Shown in pieces: positions 12,719 to 24,957 of a stretch of 64,000 nt of DNA (the first letter of the stretch is position 1; every line of letters begins with the position of its first letter). The notes beneath the pieces are model-generated. The model ran no database searches. It worked only from the letters and a program-made list of their open reading frames with translations, and was not told where the DNA came from. Source of the stretch: Podarcis pityusensis (taxonomy: Eukaryota); NCBI GenBank assembly GCA_964106645.2, contig OZ067048.1, one strand, 5' to 3'. The position numbers and the translations under genes are program-made.

Positions 12719-12828
12719 TTGAAGGCCTCCTCAGTAGTGGCAACCTCCCTGTGGAATGCCCTAACATCAGATGCCAAGGAAATAAACAACTATCTGACTT
12801 TTAGAAGACATCTGAAGGCAACCCTGTA
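12719..12828 (+). mobile_element. L2 3' fragment (host of the MITE at 12829)
   Basis: Matches the L2 3' end at 14790-14890. Confidence 0.7.
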
Positions 12829-13174
12829 CAGTGGTGCCCCGCAAGACGAATGCCTCGCAAGACGAAAAACCCGCTAGACGAAAGGGTTTTCCGTTTTTCG
12901 ATGCGCTTCGCAAGACGAATTTCCCTATGGGCTTGCTTCGCAAAACAAAAAAGTCTTGCGAGTCTTGCAATTTTTTTCGCTCCCCCCCCCTTTTTCTAAG
13001 CCGCTAATAGCCTTTTAGCCACTAAGCCGCTAAGCCTTTAATAGCCGCTAAACCGCTAAACTGCTAATAGCGCTAATCTGCTAATCCGCTAATAGGGTTG
13101 CTTTGCAAGACGAAAAAGCCGCTAGACGAAGAGACTCGCGGAACGGATTAATTTCGTCTTGCGAGGCACCACTG
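12829..13174. mobile_element. Tigger/pogo-like MITE family B with internal (AGCCGCTA)-type tandem array
   Basis: TA|CAGTGGTGCC...GGCACCACTG|TA. Subterminal GCAAGACGAA repeats and an internal ccgcta array at about 12997-13093. Confidence 0.85.
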
Positions 13175-13300
13175 TATTGGAATTTTTTTGACATCTCATG
13201 TTTTACAATTTACAAAATTGTCAGGGGCCTAAATCCCTAGGCAGTCCAGAAAAACCACCAGCAGCTGATAAACAGCTATTTGATAGGGAGATGCCTAGAA

Positions 13301-13427
13301 CAGGGTTTCCCAAACAGGGGCCTCCAGCTGTTTTTGGACTACAGTTCCCACCATCCCTGACCACTAGTCCTAGGAATGATGGGAGTTGCTAGCTAGGAAT
13401 GATGGGAGTTGTAGTCCAAAAACCCTG
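13301..13427. mobile_element. Short palindromic hAT-like MITE (ggactaca..cccatcatccc family), degraded
   Basis: Self-complementary ttttggactaca...tgtagtccaaaa. Same family as 61510 and 62382. Confidence 0.65.
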
Positions 13428-13551
13428 GCCATAATGACACAGGGAAGGAAAGACTGCCATTACAAGTACTGTATACTAGCCATTTTCATAGTGTTCTCTT
13501 CGTTGTGGAAGTAACAATTTGTACACACCTGACCCGATAGTCGGTGAATTA

Positions 13552-13908
13552 AAGGTAAAGAGACCCCTGACCATTAGGTCCAGTCGTGACCGACTCTGGG
13601 GTTGCGGTGCTCATCTCGCTTTATTGGCCGAGGGAGCTGGTGTTTGTCTGCAGACAGCTTCCAGGTCATGTGGCCAGCATGACTAAGCCGCTTCTGGCAA
13701 ACCAGAGCAGCACACAGAAACGCCATTTACCTTCCCGCTGGAGCGGTACCTATTTATCCACTTGCACTTTGTGCTTTCAAACTGCTAGGTTGGCAGGAGC
13801 AGGGACCGAACAACAGGAGCTCACCCCGTTGCGGGGATTCAAACTGCCGACCTTCGGATCGGCAAGCCCTAGGCTCTGTGGTTTAACCCACAGCGCCACC
13901 CACATCCC
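13552..13908 (-). mobile_element. Sauria SINE, full length
   Basis: tRNA-like head with B box, (ACCTTT) tail, and 14-bp TSD TAGTCGGTGAATTA (13538-13551 / 13910-13923). Confidence 0.92.
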
Positions 13909-14504
13909 TTAGTCGGTGAATTAGTGGGGCACAAATTTCCTTTAATGGAAATGTGGCGTATAGATTTTATGTTAAAGGTTTATATAGCCAACTTCATTCA
14001 TTTATTCATTCGTTCGAGTATCAATCATATAGAAGGCACATCAACTGAGCACTGGGGAACAGGGCTGCACCTCCAGCCACCTACAAGTCGGCCTTGGCAT
14101 TTGAAGTCTGTGTGTAAGCAGCTGCTCCTCTGCAGGCTTCCACATGACTGGTATTTTCCAAGAATCCTTTTGGGTGGCAACGAAAAGCCTCACTTCCCCA
14201 CTCCGAGGATTATTAAGGCTTGTCAAGCATCTCCCGCCGTCCTCCATTCTGGCTTGTCCTGTTTTGAGAATGCTTTTGAAGGCCACTGGCAAATCTCTCC
14301 TCCCACAATGAAAGGCTGGTTCTTCCAATGTGTGAAGAAAGAGCATGTGGGAGTTGTGTTTTGCTGTGTGTGTGGTTTGGCTTGGCCTCTGCAAGAATGC
14401 TGGCAGCTTTGATGAGGCAAGCTTCATATCTTGTGCTTGAACTAGATGAGAGGCCTAACAATGTCCTGTTTACAACCTCTTCTAGTATTCGGGGAGTGCT
14501 GATC

Positions 14505-14998
14505 TACATTGGACTACTGGAACGCACTCTGCGTGGGGCTACCTTTGAAGGTGACCTGGAAAATACATCTAATCCAGAATGCGGCACCTAGACTGGTGAT
14601 GGGGAGTGGCTGCCGAGACCACATAACACCGGTCCTGAAAGACCTACATTGGCTCCCAGTAAGTTTCCGAGCACAATTCAAAGTGCTTGGTGCTGACCTT
14701 TAAAGCCCTAAACGGCCTTGGCCCAGTATACCTGAAGGAGCTTCAGCCCAAACACTGAAAGGTAAAGTTACAGGGAACCAGGCAGAGGGCCTTCTCAGTA
14801 GTGGTGCCCACCCTGTGGAACGCCCTCCCATCAGCTGTCAAGAAAATAAACAACTATCAGACTTTTAGAAGACATCTGAAGGCAACCCTGTTTAGGGACG
14901 TTTTTAATGTCTGATGTTTTATTGTGTTTTGAATATTCTGTTGGGAACCACCCAGCCAGATGGGTGGGGTATAAATAAATAAATAAATAAATAAATAA
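14505..14998 (+). mobile_element. 5'-truncated L2-clade LINE with (TAAA)n tail
   Basis: Translation DYWNALCVGLP..LIQNAAPRLV..HITPVLKDLHWLPV is the typical L2 ORF2 C-terminus. Confidence 0.88.
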
Positions 14999-15147
14999 GT
15001 TTCTTCTTTCTGTCTGTTTCTCCTTTGTGGCCTAGCATCCTCTTCTCACGGTGGCCAACTAGATGCCCACGGGAAGGTTGCAAGCAAGAATTGAGCACAA
15101 CAGTACTCTCCTGTTGTGAATTCCAGCACCCGGCATTCAGAGACATA

Positions 15148-15373
15148 CAGTGGTACCTCGGGTTAAGTACTTAATTCGTTCCGGAGGTCCGTTCTTAACC
15201 TGAAACTGTTCTTAACCTGAAGCACCACTTTAGCTAATGGGGCCTCCTGCTGCCGCCGCACCGCCGGAGCCCGATTTCTGTTCTTATCCTGAAGCAAAAT
15301 TCTTAACCTGAAACACTATATCTGGCTTAGTGGTGTGTGTAACCTGAAGCGTATGTAACCCGAGGTACCACTG
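15148..15373. mobile_element. Tigger/pogo-like MITE family A, copy 2
   Basis: TA|CAGTGGTACCTCG...CGAGGTACCACTG|TA. Near-identical to 10033-10258. Confidence 0.9.
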
Positions 15374-16934
15374 TAATGCCTCCAATTATCTATTACTGAT
15401 GTAGATTAAGAAATTTCACATTGCTCTCATTGAGACCCAAATGTCTTTATATTTGCCGAAGTCTTTTGAAGCTGGAGATACAATATCAGAAGTGACATTG
15501 AACAAACGGAACGGCATGCCTTGGCGCTACCATTCCGTAATATTAATACTGATACTCACTATACATGTCATGAATATTCCTTTATTCTTTATATAATTTT
15601 CCTAGGGAACTCACTCCCCAATGAAATGTTTGGTACCTTTTATTCTTGAAAGATCCCCAGTGATTTTCTAATTTGCTGAAACAAGGGAATGGACACCTGA
15701 GCAAAACTGGCCTTATTTTATCAACCTGAGTCGTCCATACTGAGGTTGAACTAAAATAGCTGGTAAACAGTAAGCAGCAATAATATACCACCGGCTCTTC
15801 GGTCGAGTCCACAAGTAACAGACATTTTTGAGAATCCTGCAACAGAAAACAAAGTATTACTCACCCATGACTGATGAATTCTTGCTACTATTTTCTAATA
15901 GCAGACTGTTTTGTCATCCCAGGCTTAAACTGCCTTCTATTAATCCTAGGCCTCCACTCAGCATTTCATGTCTAAATCAGTCACTATTGCAGCTGCTTTA
16001 GGTGGCTGATGGCTAAATTTGTTCTAAACATAACCAACAAGTGAATGTCAATGCCTTGGAAGGATGCTCAAGGGAAACTGAACAGCAACAGTCAATGGAG
16101 TAGTCTCTGCGGTTTTTGAACTGATCTGGCATCCCCAAATTTTCGAAGGTTACCCACCAATACGCAGTTTTCAGTACCTTTCTAGATATTTGGCAATGGA
16201 GAACAGAGGCAGGATGTATCTATAACTGCCTGGGTGTAAAGATTATGTCAATGACTCTCAAATGGTGGGTTGTGTGAGCCACAGTATTCCAGCACGTAGA
16301 TTGCAAGTGGAGAAGACATTCACAACACATTTTATTTCTAGTTAAACAATTGGAATCAACAGAAGAATCCAGCACAATTGCTGAAAGGACATACTCCCCA
16401 CCTTAGACTCAGGAAAGTGGAAGAAGGGATTTCCACAAGTGCTATGCTTATTGTTCTATTCAGACCTCACTTTGTACATCTGGCTGATTCCACTTCAAAT
16501 ATGCTTTGCCTTGGTCCAATACCAAGCCTTGTTTCAGAAAATCCAAGGCTTTCTATGCCTGCCTTCTATGAGGAAATCGTAAATCGGCAACAACTTTCTT
16601 TCTGACAGAACTGGATGAAATTTGCAGACATAGCGGACCTTTCTGAGAGGATGGTGCCTGCCAAATTTCAGACAGATAGGTACAGGTGATTTTATGCAAA
16701 AGGAGTCTTAAAAGTCTGAGAGAAATTGATTCACTAATCCCCCATGGGTTTGGAGGGGATTTGTATTAAAATGGCATGAGGTGTAGTGGTGTACCTATGC
16801 TAAGTATCCTTTCAGAAGGCTAAATGCAAGGGGAGTTGGTCTTTAACATTTTGCGAGGAAGGAATTCACCCCATTTTTGTGGGAGCGGGTGGAAATATAA
16901 GAGGTGTCCTTTTGTAAGTAACCTTCTGAAAACA

Positions 16935-17186
16935 GAGGGCCAGTGTGGTGTAGTGGCTCAGAGCGGTGGACTCGTAATCTGGGGAACCGGGTTCGCGTCT
17001 CTGCTCCTCCACATGCAGCTGCTGGGTGACCTTGGGCTAGTCACACTTCTCTGAAGTCTCTCAGCCCCACTCACCTCACAGAGTGTTTGTTGTGGGGGAG
17101 GAAGGGAAAGGAGAATGTTAGCCGCTTTGAGACTCCTTCGGGTAGTGATAAAGCGGGATATCAAATCCAAACTCTTCTTCTTCTTC
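16935..17186 (+). mobile_element. tRNA-derived CORE-type SINE (Squam3-like) with (CTT)n tail
   Basis: A box (TGGTGTAGTGG), B-box-like GGGTTCG, CORE-like GGGTGACCTTGGGCTAGTCAC, and (CTT)n end. Family name is from recall. Confidence 0.8.
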
Positions 17187-17291
17187 ACCACCCCCAACCC
17201 ACTCCCCGCAAGCAAATGGGAGGGTAGGATTGCTCCTTCAGACTGCCTGACTCTACTGGCATCCTCTGAATCTTCAAGGCAGACCTGAAGA

Positions 17292-17642
17292 CAGGGCCGG
17301 CCCAACCAGGAGGCAAGGTGAGGCAACCGCCTCAGGCTGCAGATTCCATGGGGACAGCAGATCAGGCCTTGAAGGAATGAATCACCTGCCATTGCTGCCT
17401 TTGTAGTTGCAGTGTGCTCCTCAGAGGCCAGATCCGCAACCTACTCGGCAGCCCCCCACCCCAAATTCTCCCTCGACAGCAGCCTCTTGGTGAGTAAGGG
17501 CCCACCCTTGTTCCCAATTTAGATATTTATTTCTCCCCCTTGTTTCTGAAGTACATTGTCACTTGCCCCTTCTTCCCTGGCTGTGTGAGGTGCACCATTT
17601 TGTGGTTTGCCTCAGGTGCCAAAAGTTCTTTGGCCAGCCTTG
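17292..17642. mobile_element. Degraded non-autonomous DNA transposon (CAGGGCCGG-type TIR)
   Basis: cagggccggccc...ggccagccttg ends and repeated gcctcagg subterminal motifs. No clear TSD. Confidence 0.45.
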
Positions 17643-17817
17643 GCTCTGGGAGAAGCCAAATGCATCTTACCTCATACAGAGCCTGAAGCAGCTTGCTTCA
17701 CTTCTGGAATCAGGACTTCATCTGAAGCAGACACAACCCTAATTTCTTCTAGCAGCAACCAAGAATGCAAATGAACATGCTACAAGCCTCACATGCTTTA
17801 ACAATATTTGTGGTGTT

Positions 17818-18410
17818 ATTTTTTTTTTAGTTTTTAAATATTTTTTTAACATTACAAACATCCATTCAAACAAAATAACACTGATATAAACTTGGGGTTC
17901 TCAGAACCCCCAGATTCCCCACCCCCATTTTCAAAATGTACATTTTTAATCCTTACATTTATCTAACTTTAATGTAATCCTTTTTAAAAATCTTTTGGTT
18001 TTTGCAAATTAAAATGTTATAAAAATCCTGCTAATATCTTTAAGTATTTACAATGTTCTTTAATAATGTATTTTTTCCATTCTGTATTAAATTTGTTGTC
18101 CTCTTGGTGTCTAACTCTTCCAGGCATCTTTGCCATTTCAGTGTATTCCATCGTCTTCATAATCCTCTCTTCTTTAGTTGATGTTTTCTTTTCCTTCCAT
18201 CCCTGGGCGTAAAGCATTCTCTCAGCTGTCATCATATACATCAACAGTCTTTTCAGATCCTTTAGTAATTCTTCTATTATATCTATTAAAAAGGCTTCTG
18301 ATTTTTTAACAAAAGTTATCTTAAACATTTTTTTCAATTCGTTATATATCATTTCCCAGAATGCCTTTGCCTTTTTGCACGTCCACCACATGTGGTAGAA
18401 TGCTTTAACA
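17818..18410 (-). mobile_element. L1-clade LINE 3' fragment
   Basis: Translation FYHMWWTCKKAKAFW (end of the L1 ORF2 CCHC region) followed by the C-terminal segment. A-rich tail at about 17818-17848. Confidence 0.82.
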
Positions 18411-18563
18411 ATCTTTGAATGGAGGAGGTACATTTCAGAGACAAAAGGAAATGTATGTGATTGACAGCAAGTCTCCTGGCCAATATCCTTTCCAGCCTTA
18501 TGTTACCTGAACTGGACAAGCTAAGGGGGGCCTATCATACAAAGCAGCCCCTCTGCTACTAAG

Positions 18564-18853
18564 TTAAAGGGTAAAGGGACCCCTGACCATTAGGGAGTCA
18601 GCGTACACCTTCCGGGTCATGTGGCCAGCATGACTAAGCTGCTTCTGGTGAACCAGAGCAGCGCACGGAAACGCCGTTTACCTTCCCGCTGGAGCGGTAC
18701 CTATTTATCTACTTGCACTTTGATGTGCTTTCGAACTGCTAGGTTGGCAGGAGCAGGGACTGAACAACAGGAGCTCACCCCGTCGCGGGGATACGAACCG
18801 CCGACCTTCCGATCGGTAAGCCCTAGGCTCTGTGGTTTAACTCACAGCACCAT
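18564..18853 (-). mobile_element. Sauria SINE with ~50-bp internal deletion
   Basis: Aligns to the 13552 copy, but cattagg is joined directly to ggagtcagcg. Confidence 0.88.
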
Positions 18854-20844
18854 CTAATAGAATAAAGCAAGAGAGAAGTTGGGAATGTACAAGGAGGAAG
18901 GGTGGTTATTATTCAAAAAACACCCGAAAGGTTCCTTGTGGTGTACTTCTGATTTCCTTGCAAACTTCTGTCACACAGCAGAGCCTGAGAAGGTTGGCAA
19001 ATAAATAAAAAAAAGAACACCCTTAAAGGAAGTGTGAGAAGATTAATTTTTGCATGTGCCAACCTTAAAAAAACTTGTGGAGAGTTCAGTAGCATAACTA
19101 AGAAGCAGGATCAGGATTTAATTGAGGAAATTGTGATTTAGAACGAAAGGAGGCTGGATTTATAAATAACAATCCCATATAATCTGATACATGCTTATCT
19201 CAACTACCTACACTTCCTAAGATTAAAAGATTAGGCTGCAAATAACGTAAGAATGGGATTTATTACAAGAAGTTTGCTAGGGTGCTACCTAGCCAACTTT
19301 CAGCATGTTTAGGGTCCGTTGATGCAAGAGAATGGGAGAAGCAAGTGCAAAGGTTAAATGGGTCTTTCACCTCCTTGTAGCCATTGTGTGACTGAACAGA
19401 AGTATTCTAGTTTCATCCTGTCCAAGACTCTAAAACTCTCTTCTACTGGGAGAAATAACACTTGGTCAGGGAAGTAGCTCAGGGGAAGGACCATAGCTCA
19501 GTGATAATGCATCTGCTTTGCAGGCAAGCAAACTCTTTTGATGAGAGTGAGCAATCATTCTTTCTGTTTATAATGTCGACGCTTCATTCCAAAGTAGCTG
19601 GCAAGCTTGGGTCTTGATTTCTGTGCCACATACAAAACTTTCCCCTTTATGCTCCGCATTACCGTAATTATTCTACCCTTTGTTTGTTAATGATCTCATA
19701 AAGTCCCTAATGGAAACTGGAATTCCCACTTCAGCTGTAATAAAACATTAGAAGTTGGGGACAAAAATAAAATCCCTTTTTTTGTCTCGAGTGTAAATAT
19801 AAAAAGGGTGGTTAAAAAGTTTTATAAGTAACTAATCTGTTTGAAGTTAATCTTGAATGTGGACCCAGAGATGACAGCTTTTTCCAGTTGTTGTAGGAAG
19901 TTGAGGAAGAGGTACTTCCTAATTTGTAGCAGGAGCCAAGCCCTTTTGGCCACCCTATATTTTTGGGTAGGGGCTGGGGCCACCTGATGTCCCCAAAGGA
20001 TAGAGCCAAATTTGGCGTGCCCCCAGAGGCTAGTTCCTCCTCCTCCACTGACATGTATACGCACAGCTTCAGGCTTGATGAACACGATGGGCTCAATTTT
20101 TAAAAACAAAATTAAAACTGGCATCCTGAAATTCACGAGATGAAAAGTCCACATGAGCAGCAAATGTTAAAGAAAATTTGGAATGAAATATCTGAAATGC
20201 CTCTGAAGCACCATTTGCATGCATAACTGTATGGTGAACCCCAATAAAAGAAAAACACTAATCAATGTAAGATATATATTTTAATAACCTTGCTGAACAA
20301 GGTCTATGTACTATTCTGTTTAGAACAGTGTGCCAGATAGGTCTAGGAGCTCATAAGCAGAATATGAAGGCAATCAACACTCCCCTTTCTTATAGTGTGA
20401 ATGCTTTTTGAATATTAATAGAATATTTCACATAAATCATTTTTTAAATGCTGGATTTTTTATTTAAAAAACTGGAACATTTGGTACTGAGGATTTTTTA
20501 TACACCTAAGTATCGGCCAATTTACATCTTCAAGAAAAATAAGGCAGCCCAGTGCCAACATGTAAAACTGGTCAGAAGTGCTGCACATTCTACAACTCTC
20601 ACTGCGAACACTAAAGGTAGAAAAACCTGGAGGCTGGGACTGTTTTCTCAGTACTGTGCTGTTTCTAATATCTAGAGCATGGCTGGGTTAATAAACACAG
20701 CCCAGAAGAGTGACTCATCGACAAGCCAAGAAAAGAGGTGATGAAATCAAGACACGTTTAATGAAAAACTTGACATGTAGCAGACTAAAAACACACACTA
20801 TCTTGTTCATCTGATTATTGCATAAAGTGAGGTCCCAACAAAAG

Positions 20845-21470
20845 AGTGACAACTTAAGTTGACAGAATATGTGCAGCTTGCAGACTTAACATATAGAATA
20901 AGAGAACAAGAAAAACATACATTTAGAGAAGAATGGAAAATGTTTATTGAATATGTGGGAAACAGCTTGCAGCATTAAGATAAATTCAACATTGTAAATA
21001 AGTTAGGGTAGATGTAATAATGGAACACTGAATGGTATAGTTTTGGTAAAATATGCAGGGATTTATAATATGTAATATATATAATATGTAAAATGAACCA
21101 TGGAAAGAGAAAGGAAGTCACTGATATCTTAAGGATGTAAAAAATGTAAAAAAATGAGCACAGTCATCCCTCGGGTTGAATGTGCTTCGGGATGAGCGCA
21201 TTCGAGTTGCGCTCCGCGGCAACCCGGAAGTAACAGAGCGTGTTACTTCCGGGTTTCGCTGCTTGCGCATGCACAGACGCTCAAAATGACATCATGCGCA
21301 TGCGCAGAAGCAGCAAAACGCGACGTGTGCGTGCGCAGACGTGCTGTCGCTGCTTACGTTTGCTTCTAGATGCGAATGGGGCTCCAGAACGGATCCCGTT
21401 CGCATCTAGAGGTACCTCTGTACTTTAAATTGTAAAACAGAAAATTAAAGAAAACTTTTAGATATAAATG
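20845..21470 (+). mobile_element. L1-clade LINE 3' end interrupted by a MITE
   Basis: Similar to the C-terminal and 3'UTR part of the 17818-18410 element (IREQE..TFREEWKMFIEY). Confidence 0.6.
21161..21420. mobile_element. Tigger/mariner-like MITE nested in L1
   Basis: CAGTCATCCCTC...GAGGTACCTCTG|TA with internal palindrome aacccggaagtaac..gttacttccgggtt. Confidence 0.75.
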
Positions 21471-22425
21471 AATATTGCATAAACATAGATGTTACTTGCA
21501 GCAAAGTTTCAAAACTTTTAAAAAAAATCACCAACATTTTGTTTGTCATTTGAACCTATACATCTCATACAAAATATGAGTGTCAAGCACGCTTTGGGGG
21601 GAAATTCAGGACATCATACTTGAATGAATATCTTGGTACAAAAGACCACACTGTGCACCAAGGTATTATATTACAATATTCCTTATACCTATAATGAGTC
21701 TCTAGCTTCTCAGTGGAGGCCATCATCTGCTGCAATGATATCTCTAGGTTCAGTGTTTTACCTAACTCAGGGAGGTGAATGCAATGTTTGCCTCCAGCTC
21801 CTGATGACCTCATCTTGGGGGGGGGGCAGGTTTTCACTTCTCTCCCAGTAGTCTTGCTGATTGAAACCTGTTTACGTCGCCCCATAAAACATAATGAGAA
21901 CCTTTGTGAATCAGGTCTACTCCTGCATGCGCAGCCCTGCCCTGGATTCAGATTCTTGGTGATGCTACGGGTAGGATGCTAGAGAACACAAAGCAAAGAT
22001 GGGACGAAAAGGTCTCTGGTGTGTGGACAGTCTGTTTACAAGCGTGAAGACAAAGGTAAGAGGTGGGCCTCGTCAAAGCAAGTCACCAGCAACCCACTAA
22101 ATAAAAGGTAGCGCCTGTACCCTCAAGAGAAATTTGATTTTGGACTCAAGGGCAAATCAGAATCTTATACATGAATTATGTTAAATTCTCTTAAGCTGGT
22201 TCTGCACGATGGGCTTATCCACATACACAGGTCCACACTTTAAAGCACCGTGTCATGAACTTTGTGAGCAAAAACCTACTCTTCAGCACTCAGTTGGAGC
22301 AAATGGCAATTTGGGATTTCTGTGGATTGCCATTTGCTCTGATACAGCTTTAAAGAGCAGGTTTTCATGGGGAAAGCTCCAGAGCAAACAGAAACAAAAG
22401 CAAGGGTACTCGGACATGGAGAATA

Positions 22426-22740
22426 ATAAATAATAATCCCCAGCCACTGTAGACAGCTCCCAACAGAATATTAAAAATGTGATAAAACATCAAACAATAA
22501 AAACTTTCCTAAACAAGGTTACCTTCAGATGTCTTCTAAAAGTCAGATAGTTTATTTCCTTGACATCTGATGGGAGTGTATTCCACAGGGTGGGTGCCAC
22601 TACCGAGAAGGCCCTCTGCCTGGTTCCCTATAACCTCACTTCTCGCAGTGAGTCAACCGCCAGAAGGCCCTTGGAGCTGGACCTCAGTGTCTGGGCTGAA
22701 TGATGGGGGTGGAGACGCTCCTTTAGGTATACTGGGCCAT
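22426..22740 (-). mobile_element. L2-clade LINE 3' fragment
   Basis: Same sequence family as 9960-10485 and 34557-34895. Confidence 0.75.
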
Positions 22741-22877
22741 TTAGGGCTGGGAAATGCAAAGGAAAGGTAAATGTGGATAAGCCTTTATGTGTATTTATAC
22801 TTTGGGCCCATTCACACTGGTATTTTATTATTGGTGTATTCTAATATGCATTTTTTATACAATAACAGTCCATTAAA

Positions 22878-23025
22878 GCCTGGATAGCTCAATTGGTTAG
22901 AGGGTAGTGCTGATAATGTGAAGGTTGCAGGTTTGATCCCTGTACGGGACAACTGCATATTCCTGCATTGCAGGGGGTTGGAGTAAATGATCCTCAGGGT
23001 CCCTTCCAACTCTACAATTCTTTGA
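22878..23025 (+). mobile_element. SINE: tRNA-Ile-derived head plus CR1 3' tail
   Basis: Head GCCTGGATAGCTCAATTGGTTAGAG..TGCTGATAA..AAGGTTGCAGGTTTGATCCCTGTACGGG resembles vertebrate tRNA-Ile. Tail GGGTTGGA..ATGATCCTCAGGGTCCCTTCCAACTCTAC is the CR1 3' end. Confidence 0.8.
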
Positions 23026-24587
23026 CCAGCAATAGCTTTATTCTGCTTTAGTTCATTCTGCAATGCTTCCTCGGAGCTATCACATTACTGCTGTCTGGAG
23101 GGGCTACAGCAAAACAAAAGTGGGACGAAAACCAACCAAAACATTACTGGTGCAAAAAGCTATAGAATTTCGGCAGGGATATTCACCGATTGGAAATCTA
23201 ACAGTGCAACCACCTCAAAATCTTTGAAGGAACAAGCATTATCGAAAGTGGGATCGCACGTGGGTGGCCCAATAGCACTATGAGCACAAATAATCACAAA
23301 CCCTGCTGCCTATAAAGCTTGTGAGACTGGTCACTGCAGATTGCTGGATAAAAAGCAAGATATCTGACCTGTAATGGCAGCTATGATGTTCTCATTTTCA
23401 AGACACAGCTGGTGTTCCTTAGATCTCATTATGCATTAAGGGTTTTCTAAAAGCTGGCTACGGTGGCAGCCAAATATTTCAAAAGCAACAGGAACACTTA
23501 TAATAGGTACCTAATAAGTGCACAGATGCTGGCTTAATTTAATTTAAGAAGGTACGATTTGTGTAATGAATACAATAGCTATGTGTAGCAGCAAACCAAA
23601 AGGCCTGAAGGTTGTAACTGCCCCCGTTCTTTAGAGATGTAAAATGGTCCAACAACAAAAATAAAGCAGTCTGTTATTAGGAGAAGGCCTCCACCGATGA
23701 AAAACAAATTCTAGTCTTATTTTCTATCATCCAATTGTGTGACTAACTGGGTCTCTTTAAGAATAAAATAATGAGTCATACTACAAACTCTTTTGTCAAT
23801 GGGATTGCTGCTGAAGAAAAGATTTGAGGAGCACAGATTTTTGTCCCTCTGGCAGAAGCAAGTACTATTTCTTTTACAAAAAATAAATAAATAAATTCCA
23901 CAATGCTGCAAAAGAAATCTTTTATTAGCTGATGGTTATGAAAAAGCCCCATTTACCAAACAAATAAACCTCAATTCAACTCCAGATAGATTCTCTGTGT
24001 TGTACCTGGATGTGAAAAACCTTTTGACTGTTGTGCTGAAATGAAAAGAGATCCACAGCCTTGGTGACCTAAAACTGAGAACACTCTGTTCCCACTTCCT
24101 AGTCAAGCAATTTTAGGGAATGCTGGAGCGTTCCAGCTGACTCAGCTTAGAAGCTGGCTTTAGTAAATACCTGTTTCTTAAAACAAACAAACATTGGATT
24201 TCAAGGAAAACACTGAAAATATACTGCAGTGGTGCTGAAATGTTTTCCTCTCAAATGATAATAACTTGGGTGTTGTTGACATTTTTCTTATTTGCACAGA
24301 AACTCCCAAGTATTCATGAAGAAAAATCCCTATGTAGCCCTAAATGTCATTTCTGTAACATCAAGACTTGGACATTGAGGCAATAGTATTATGACTTCTC
24401 CCAATCTCCCAAGGTGCTGTGTCTCTCCAATAGACAGATGGTGACACAGTACATCGCATCTCATCTCGCCGAGTTAATGCCGCAGCCGAAGCACTTTGGA
24501 GGACAGAAAACTGATCCTGATAGCAACAGGAGAAGGGCTTTCCTGAGCCACTGGTTCAAATCCCACAGCATCCCGAGCAGAAATAGA

Positions 24588-24957
24588 TTTCAGGCTGAGG
24601 GAGTCGGCGTTAGTCCACAGACAGCTTTCCGGGTCATGTGGCCAGAACAACTAAACCAATTCTGGCGCAACGGAACACCATGACAGAAACCAGAGTGCAC
24701 GGAAACACCGTTATCTCCCGCCACAGTGGTACCTATTTATCTACTTGCACTTTTGGCATACTTTCAAACTGCTAGGTTGGCAGGAGCTGGGACCGAGCAA
24801 CGGGAGCTCACTCCATCACAGGGATTCGAACCACCGTCCTTCTGATTGGCAAACCCAAGAGGCTCAGTGGTTTAGACCAGAGTGCCACCCGTGGCCCATA
24901 GTTGCTTTTGACTAGACTTAACCATCCAGCGGTCCTTTACCTTTTTTTCTTTTTACC
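24588..24957. mobile_element. Rearranged Sauria SINE: inverted body (24588-24897) plus sense-strand 3' tail (24895-24957)
   Basis: The body reads on the minus strand down to the GGG 5' end. It is followed at once by + strand gactagacttaacc..ggtcctttacctt, which is the SINE tail. Confidence 0.8.

Noticed and set aside
12840-13160. CRISPR-like or other regularly spaced array (GCAAGACGAA and CCGCTA repeats)
   Set aside because: Irregular subterminal and internal repeats within a TA-flanked MITE in a vertebrate genome. No unique spacers and no cas genes.
13586-13912. Recurrent peptides such as MTKPLLANQSS.. (also near 18621, 37791 and 45912)
   Set aside because: Translations of Sauria SINE copies, not a gene family.
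13924-14591. Overlapping 65-162 aa ORFs on both strands
   Set aside because: No recognisable homology or convincing splice structure; consistent with chance.
19812-20163. Two overlapping minus-strand ORFs (94 and 113 aa)
   Set aside because: No recognisable protein family and no supportable exon boundaries.
22878-22952. Functional tRNA-Ile gene
   Set aside because: Stem mismatches, a degenerate B box and fusion to a CR1 tail show it is a SINE.
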